This document shows positions 58,980 through 64,000 of a DNA stretch of 64,000 bases, piece after piece. The stretch spans positions 12,206 to 76,205 of the forward strand of contig JBGAWQ010000014.1 of the NCBI GenBank assembly GCA_044227555.1, written 5' to 3'. The stretch comes from Saprospiraceae bacterium (GTDB lineage Bacteria; Bacteroidota; Bacteroidia; Chitinophagales; Saprospiraceae). A program made the translations under genes and the position numbers. The notes below the pieces were generated by a model. That model made no database searches. It was given only the letters and a program-made list of their open reading frames with translations, and was not told the DNA's origin. Every line of letters starts with the position of its first letter. Within the stretch, counting starts at the first letter, position 1.

Positions 58980-59996
58980 ATGTCTGACAGAAACCGCATC
59001 ATCACCCTGGATGAGTTTATTCTCAAGCAGCAAAAGGAGTATACGAGTTCGACCGGAGAACTCACCAATCTCCTCCGTGATATTGGTGTAGCCGCCAAGA
59101 TCATCAACCGGGAGGTCAATAAAGCCGGGCTGGTCAACATCCTCGGCGTTGCCGGTTCGGAAAATGAATCCGGGGACATGGTCCAAAAGCTGGACCTCTA
59201 TGCCAATGATAAACTGATCGAGTGCCTAGGCAACAGTGGAGAGTGTGCGGCCATTGCTTCAGAGGAGTTGGAAAATTTTGTGGCCCTGCCTCCTGTGGCC
59301 AAGAAAAAGCCAAAGTATGTGGTGGTGTTTGACCCGCTCGATGGCTCCAGTAATATTGATGTCAATGTATCAGTAGGTACGATCTTTAGTATTTACCGGC
59401 GTAAATCTGACCCGGGTGGTCCTCCGACACTGGAGGATTTTCTGCAGCCGGGGACCTCGTTAGTAGCAGCAGGGTATGTGTTGTATGGCACGTCTACGAT
59501 TCTGGTGTATACTACCGGTCATGGGGTCAATGGATTTACCCTGGATCCAACTATTGGTGAATTTTGCATCAGTCACCGTGATATTAAAATCCCTGAAGAT
59601 GGTGCGTACTATGCGGTCAACCAAGGGTACTACCTCAAGTTTGACCTGGAGATGCGCAGGTATATTGACCATTGTTCGGATATGAACTTTGGATTGCGTT
59701 ATATCGGATCCATGGTATCAGATATTCATCGGATTATGATTCAGGGAGGGATCTTCCTTTATCCGCATACCCGTAAATATCCAAAGGGTAAATTGCGTCT
59801 GCTGTATGAATGCAATCCGATGGCGATGATCGTTGAGCAAGCCGGAGGGATTGCGATCACCTGCAACCTGGAGCGGATACTTGATCTTCCGATCAACGAT
59901 TTGCATCAGCGAGCGACGATCTCGATCGGAAGTCCGAAGATGGTCAGTGAGATGAAGGCGTTTGTCGAGAAGTATAGTGCGACGGTGAAGATTTAA
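58980..59996 (+). CDS. fbp: Fructose-1,6-bisphosphatase class 1
   Basis: VVFDPLDGSSNIDVNVSVGTIFSIY, GYVLYGTST and RYIGSMVSDIHR motifs. Confidence 0.96.
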   Translation: MSDRNRIITLDEFILKQQKEYTSSTGELTNLLRDIGVAAKIINREVNKAGLVNILGVAGSENESGDMVQKLDLYANDKLIECLGNSGECAAIASEELENFVALPPVAKKKPKYVVVFDPLDGSSNIDVNVSVGTIFSIYRRKSDPGGPPTLEDFLQPGTSLVAAGYVLYGTSTILVYTTGHGVNGFTLDPTIGEFCISHRDIKIPEDGAYYAVNQGYYLKFDLEMRRYIDHCSDMNFGLRYIGSMVSDIHRIMIQGGIFLYPHTRKYPKGKLRLLYECNPMAMIVEQAGGIAITCNLERILDLPINDLHQRATISIGSPKMVSEMKAFVEKYSATVKI

Positions 59997-60041
59997 GTTT
60001 ACAGCGGAGTCGAAACGACTACCCGATAATTTATTCTACTC

Positions 60042-60950
60042 TTAATCAAACACTACATACGGAATCAGTCGTTCGCACCACGAAGTGTCTGGTGGATAAA
60101 TCTTTCGTAGATCCGAAGGAGAAGCAAGAGCTCCATGTTGTTTCCGGTAGGCATCCAGGATGCGTAACATTTTTCTTGGGAGATAGGGATGTACGACTGA
60201 TTTTACATCGACCTGATTGATATGGATCTTATTTGCGGGTTGATGGATGGTGAGTTGAGGTAGGATGGCATCGTAAGTCTCAGGGGGTAAGCCGTAGCAT
60301 TCTTTCAATTGCGAGATGGCGATGAATCCTCCAAGGTTGTCCCGGAAGCTGATGATGCGGCCGGCCAGCACGGATCCTATGCCGGGAAGGGCTTCCAGGT
60401 CGGCTGATGTTGCTGCGTTGAGATCAATGACGACGTTGACTCTTTCCTTTTTCGGATATTTCGATCGACTTGACGTCGTGTCATGATCAGACTCCGGAAA
60501 TTTGATCCATGCCTTGGCGATGTTCCATTGCGCCGTGTCCATTCCGTATATTTTCAATATGTCCTTTTCACTGCGGATGACACCTCCTGCTCCAATATAT
60601 TTCTGGATATTACTCGCAGCTTTAAAGGAGAATCCCGCCAGGAGTAATTCATCTCTGCTGGCCGTCATAATAGCCACCGGTGAAGCAAGCGTCTGTTCGT
60701 GCCGGGATATTTCATGCTGTTGCATGCTGATTTTTTCACCTACGGTATTGCCTTCATTTTGTTGAATGGAATCCAGAGTAGAAGCAATCTCTTGTTCAAC
60801 TTTGGACCATCCGGAATCAGGAAACACTCGTGCGATAGGGATTGGCGGAAGAAGATATTTGATTAGTTCCCAACCCAGTAGTACCATCACAAACATGATG
60901 AGACATATTCGGTCAGTGCGGGTCAGGGTATAATGATACTCTTGTCTCAT
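60042..60950 (-). CDS. ComEA-like helix-hairpin-helix DNA-binding protein
   Basis: N-terminal TM and HhH motifs (IDLNAATSADLEALPGIGSVLAGRII). ATGA overlap with the comEC stop. ATG at 60950 chosen. Confidence 0.7.
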   Translation of the reverse strand: MRQEYHYTLTRTDRICLIMFVMVLLGWELIKYLLPPIPIARVFPDSGWSKVEQEIASTLDSIQQNEGNTVGEKISMQQHEISRHEQTLASPVAIMTASRDELLLAGFSFKAASNIQKYIGAGGVIRSEKDILKIYGMDTAQWNIAKAWIKFPESDHDTTSSRSKYPKKERVNVVIDLNAATSADLEALPGIGSVLAGRIISFRDNLGGFIAISQLKECYGLPPETYDAILPQLTIHQPANKIHINQVDVKSVVHPYLPRKMLRILDAYRKQHGALASPSDLRKIYPPDTSWCERLIPYVVFD

Positions 60951-63013
60951 GCCGGCAAGTGGTAAAATCCATCCTGATTGATATCCCAATATTTGATACC
61001 CGCATATTTGCAAAAGCGAATCAATGCATTTCTCAGTTGGGCCTTGAGGTGGGCTGGCAGAATCACCATGGCATCCTGGTGATTGCAGATAAAGTTTTTG
61101 ATCTCAGTGATCTCAGAACCTTGCGTAACCAATATATGAGTTAGCCTTCCTTCCGACCCATCTTGTGGCCATTGGCCATCATAAAGCCATATTCGATAGT
61201 CAGGCAGGATCAACAATCTGTCTTTATATCTGCACATACTTGAGCTAAAGGCGTCATCGCTGTATATCACCTCGGTATGGATCACATCCCGGTAGCATCT
61301 GTGGCCACGTGCTGCAAATTCAACTGATGTCGTTGATACGGACGAGTCCTGAAGAGAAATGCATTGGCCATCATTGATGATATCGACCAGTACGCCTGAG
61401 TATTGGTGATAGATGATGCATTCACTTGTTTGCCATTGGCTGGCCCGATGACATCCTAATGATCCTATCACAACGAGTCCGAGTCCAAGTGCAACCTTCC
61501 TAAGCATGGGCCAATACCAAACCAGCGCTGCCGTAAAAAGGATGGCCATGCCTAAAAGCATCAAAGCCGCAATTGGGGGTAACGAATAGTTCATATCCGG
61601 ATTCAGTCCCGCCATCCATTTCATGCTTACGATAAAATACTTGCAGGCGATATCGTACCAGGTCCACAGATGATGGAAGCCCATCGAACTTAAGACGATG
61701 TTGATCAGCGAACCGAAGATGACGATATAGCTGGCTGGGATGGCCACAAAACTGCTGGCAATGAAGGTCAGTGGAAATTGATAAAACTGACGGAGTATGA
61801 TCGGTACGATAAATACCTGTGCGGCCAGTGAGACCGCGGTGACTTCCCAGGCACGGTGCAGGATGATATTTTTAAAAGAGAAATACCTGATCATCGGCTG
61901 TGCATAAAACAAGATGCCGGCCATCGCGAGAAAGGATAATTGAAAGCCAATATTGAGCGCAACAAAGGGATTGATCCAAAGCATGACGAAAGCCGCAAAC
62001 CCAAGCAGGTTCCATATCGGGGTGTTCCAACCCATGGCTTTGCCCAGCAGGTACAGCAAAATCATCAAGGCGGATCTCACTACGGCAGGGCAGGCACCCG
62101 TCAATCCCATATATAGCAGGATGGCGCTGCTGTAGCAGACCAGCCGGATCATCCTGCGTCCGAAATTGCCTGCGCCGGGTGCTCCAAGTAACAGATGAAG
62201 CATGCTGTAGATCATCGCCATGTGCATGCCGGAAACGGACAAAACGTGCATGGCGCCGGCATCCGCAAAGGCATCCCGGATGTCCTGGTTCATCGAGGTG
62301 CGTTCGCCCCATACCAGGGCATTGGTGAGTTGGGCTACATCGGGAGCAGTATGGGCGGTGACAATTCGGCACAAGGCAGATTGCCATTTGGCGGTAAATC
62401 GCTGGATTGAAAATGACCTGGCTTTTAGCAGGACGGCATCCTCTTTTTTTACTGAAACCTGGTATCGTATGCCTATGGATTTATAATACGTTCGGGCATC
62501 AAACGCCTGTGGATTGAAGGGGCCTGAAATCGCATTGACCCAGCCGTGAATGCGCAGGAGGTCGCCGGGATAAATCGCCTCAAAGCTGTTTTCCCGCAAT
62601 TGAACTAAAATAAAACGATCCGTGCAGGCCACTGAATCACCAGATTGCAGGATATGTACACGTCCTTTAAGCGATAGTTTTTGGCCGGCGGCTTTGAGCA
62701 CTTCGGTGACTTCAATGACACCGTCCATTGTTTGGGAAGACAGGATCAAAGGGTCGGGGAACAGAGTGGTGGTGAAACATTTCAGGCGTATAGTTCCCGC
62801 AGAGAAGATCATCAGCCCAATGGCCAGCGTGGACCATGCCTGGGATCCCGGTGTATATTTCCATAGCCCTGCACCGGCTGAAATAAAAGCTAAGCCTACC
62901 AGGATGGATATTGGGAGGAGGTGGATGCCGGACCAATGGATGGATGAGAGGCCATAGGCCACCAGGAGCAGGAGGGCAAACCACAAAAACGGACTGTTTC
63001 TCAGGTTGATCAT
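60947..63013 (-). CDS. comEC: ComEC/Rec2-family DNA internalisation channel protein
   Basis: DUF4131-like N-terminus and a competence-domain core (DAFADAGAMHVLSVSGMHMAMI..GACPAVVRSALM). Confidence 0.85.
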   Translation of the reverse strand: MINLRNSPFLWFALLLLVAYGLSSIHWSGIHLLPISILVGLAFISAGAGLWKYTPGSQAWSTLAIGLMIFSAGTIRLKCFTTTLFPDPLILSSQTMDGVIEVTEVLKAAGQKLSLKGRVHILQSGDSVACTDRFILVQLRENSFEAIYPGDLLRIHGWVNAISGPFNPQAFDARTYYKSIGIRYQVSVKKEDAVLLKARSFSIQRFTAKWQSALCRIVTAHTAPDVAQLTNALVWGERTSMNQDIRDAFADAGAMHVLSVSGMHMAMIYSMLHLLLGAPGAGNFGRRMIRLVCYSSAILLYMGLTGACPAVVRSALMILLYLLGKAMGWNTPIWNLLGFAAFVMLWINPFVALNIGFQLSFLAMAGILFYAQPMIRYFSFKNIILHRAWEVTAVSLAAQVFIVPIILRQFYQFPLTFIASSFVAIPASYIVIFGSLINIVLSSMGFHHLWTWYDIACKYFIVSMKWMAGLNPDMNYSLPPIAALMLLGMAILFTAALVWYWPMLRKVALGLGLVVIGSLGCHRASQWQTSECIIYHQYSGVLVDIINDGQCISLQDSSVSTTSVEFAARGHRCYRDVIHTEVIYSDDAFSSSMCRYKDRLLILPDYRIWLYDGQWPQDGSEGRLTHILVTQGSEITEIKNFICNHQDAMVILPAHLKAQLRNALIRFCKYAGIKYWDINQDGFYHLPA

Positions 63014-63145
63014 AGCAGGTCGCGGTCATAGGATAGTGTATCTGAAGGGTCAAAATGTTACCCTCAACCTGGCCTAAATGACGCAGGTGGCCAATTTTGG
63101 CACGATTTTTTACCTTATATCAGTGGAAACGAGATTGTTACATCA

Positions 63146-63919
63146 TTGCAGTTGAGGAATCTGGCATATATCGTCCTCTTAGCCGGATGGATTTGCTTTT
63201 GCTACTGGTTGTATGCAGAACGGATAGCCCCACGATTGCACGGAACCCGGGAAACGTCCCGACCCGAATATGCAGAAGGTGTGCCTTTCCCGCTGGTATT
63301 CCGGTGGGGATCAGATATACCTTATGCCGGAGATACATTTGATGCCTTGCGATCGCAGCTGGCCGGGTTGGATTCTACTGATGAAATCGTAGTCATCCAT
63401 AGCTATTATTTCAGAGATGAAGCGGCGGACCAGCAGTTATTGGTGGAGCTTGGAAAGAGGCGTATTCGAAATGCGTTGGCTTACCTACACATCCCTGAAG
63501 ATCGCACAGTGACTGAAGTGTCAGTGCAAGAGATCAGTGCAGATGTCAAATCCAATCCTTTTGAAGCCGTTCATTTTGAGCGGATATCGATGGCAGAGGC
63601 GATACATATTTCGCCGGATACGTTTGAATTGTGTTTTCCAATCAGAGATAGCCTGATTTTACCCGGGATCTATACGCAACGGTTGGAGGAATGGTTAACA
63701 TCAGGTGTCGGCAAGGAAGCGGTGCTGATGCATATCGTGGGCATTGCGGATGGAAGTGGTGTGGCAGAGCCTGCAGACATGGCGATGGAAAGAGCAATGC
63801 GAGTTGAAAACTTAGTAAAACAAATAGGCTGGAAGGAAGATCCAATAGAATTGACTTCCGGACAGCGAAGCCACCCCCTTACCCTCCGAAACAGAAGTGT
63901 GTTGATTTATTTTGAGTAA
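63146..63919 (+). CDS. Hypothetical membrane-anchored protein
   Basis: TTG start, N-terminal TM LAYIVLLAGWICFCYWLY and two similar ~100-aa halves. No confident domain. Confidence 0.4.
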   Translation: MQLRNLAYIVLLAGWICFCYWLYAERIAPRLHGTRETSRPEYAEGVPFPLVFRWGSDIPYAGDTFDALRSQLAGLDSTDEIVVIHSYYFRDEAADQQLLVELGKRRIRNALAYLHIPEDRTVTEVSVQEISADVKSNPFEAVHFERISMAEAIHISPDTFELCFPIRDSLILPGIYTQRLEEWLTSGVGKEAVLMHIVGIADGSGVAEPADMAMERAMRVENLVKQIGWKEDPIELTSGQRSHPLTLRNRSVLIYFE

Positions 63920-64000
63920 GGCGTAAAACAGACCGATATGTTGTGGTTGAATATTATGAATAATGAATCGTTTCTGCTTTTTGCAGAGACCTTGCTTATT

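Overview
64-kb chromosomal segment that looks like Bacteroidota: T9SS type-A C-terminal sorting domains, many TAnnTTTG -7 promoter motifs, a short sigma-A and phylum-typical DUF families. The exact taxon cannot be determined from sequence alone. I call about 50 protein genes, tRNA-Ser(GGA), tRNA-Lys(TTT) and tmRNA. I see no rRNA, transposase, integrase, CRISPR array or prophage. Layout: (1) two tandem giant Cys-rich surface proteins (1-10716) with HYR/Ig-like modules, dockerin-like EF-hand pairs and T9SS sorting domains. (2) A housekeeping block: ruvX, def, rnhA, tatD-like, cmk, queA, infC-rpmI-rplT, clpC, rnz, ribA, mazG, rpsO-pnp, rpoD, purC, fbp and comEC. (3) A minus-strand operon at 40965-43987 encoding cysteine synthase, a JAMM protease, a ubiquitin-like sulfur carrier and an E1-rhodanese enzyme. 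(4) A surface-glycan cluster at 47609-56661 with two GT-C type membrane glycosyltransferases, a flippase, a GT4 enzyme and a sulfotransferase. The best finding is absent from the >=60-aa ORF track. It is a 22-codon leader ORF with six consecutive Cys codons (MKNMTCTIYTNCCCCCCAQPPG, 44158-44090, minus strand), followed by alternative helices and an intrinsic terminator just before the cysteine-synthase start. I read it as a candidate cysteine-sensing, ribosome-mediated transcription attenuator. Other observations: the sulfur carrier is encoded as a GG-SL pro-form; PNPase carries an RGG-repeat C-terminal tail; a dispersed ~100-nt intergenic repeat family has a covarying hairpin; heptamer and octamer microsatellite-like arrays sit in promoter regions; a 40-aa membrane micropeptide gene is coupled to a sodium:solute symporter; an AT-rich island and a structured leader precede the second adhesin gene. 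All functional calls rest on motif recognition by eye. No database search was run.
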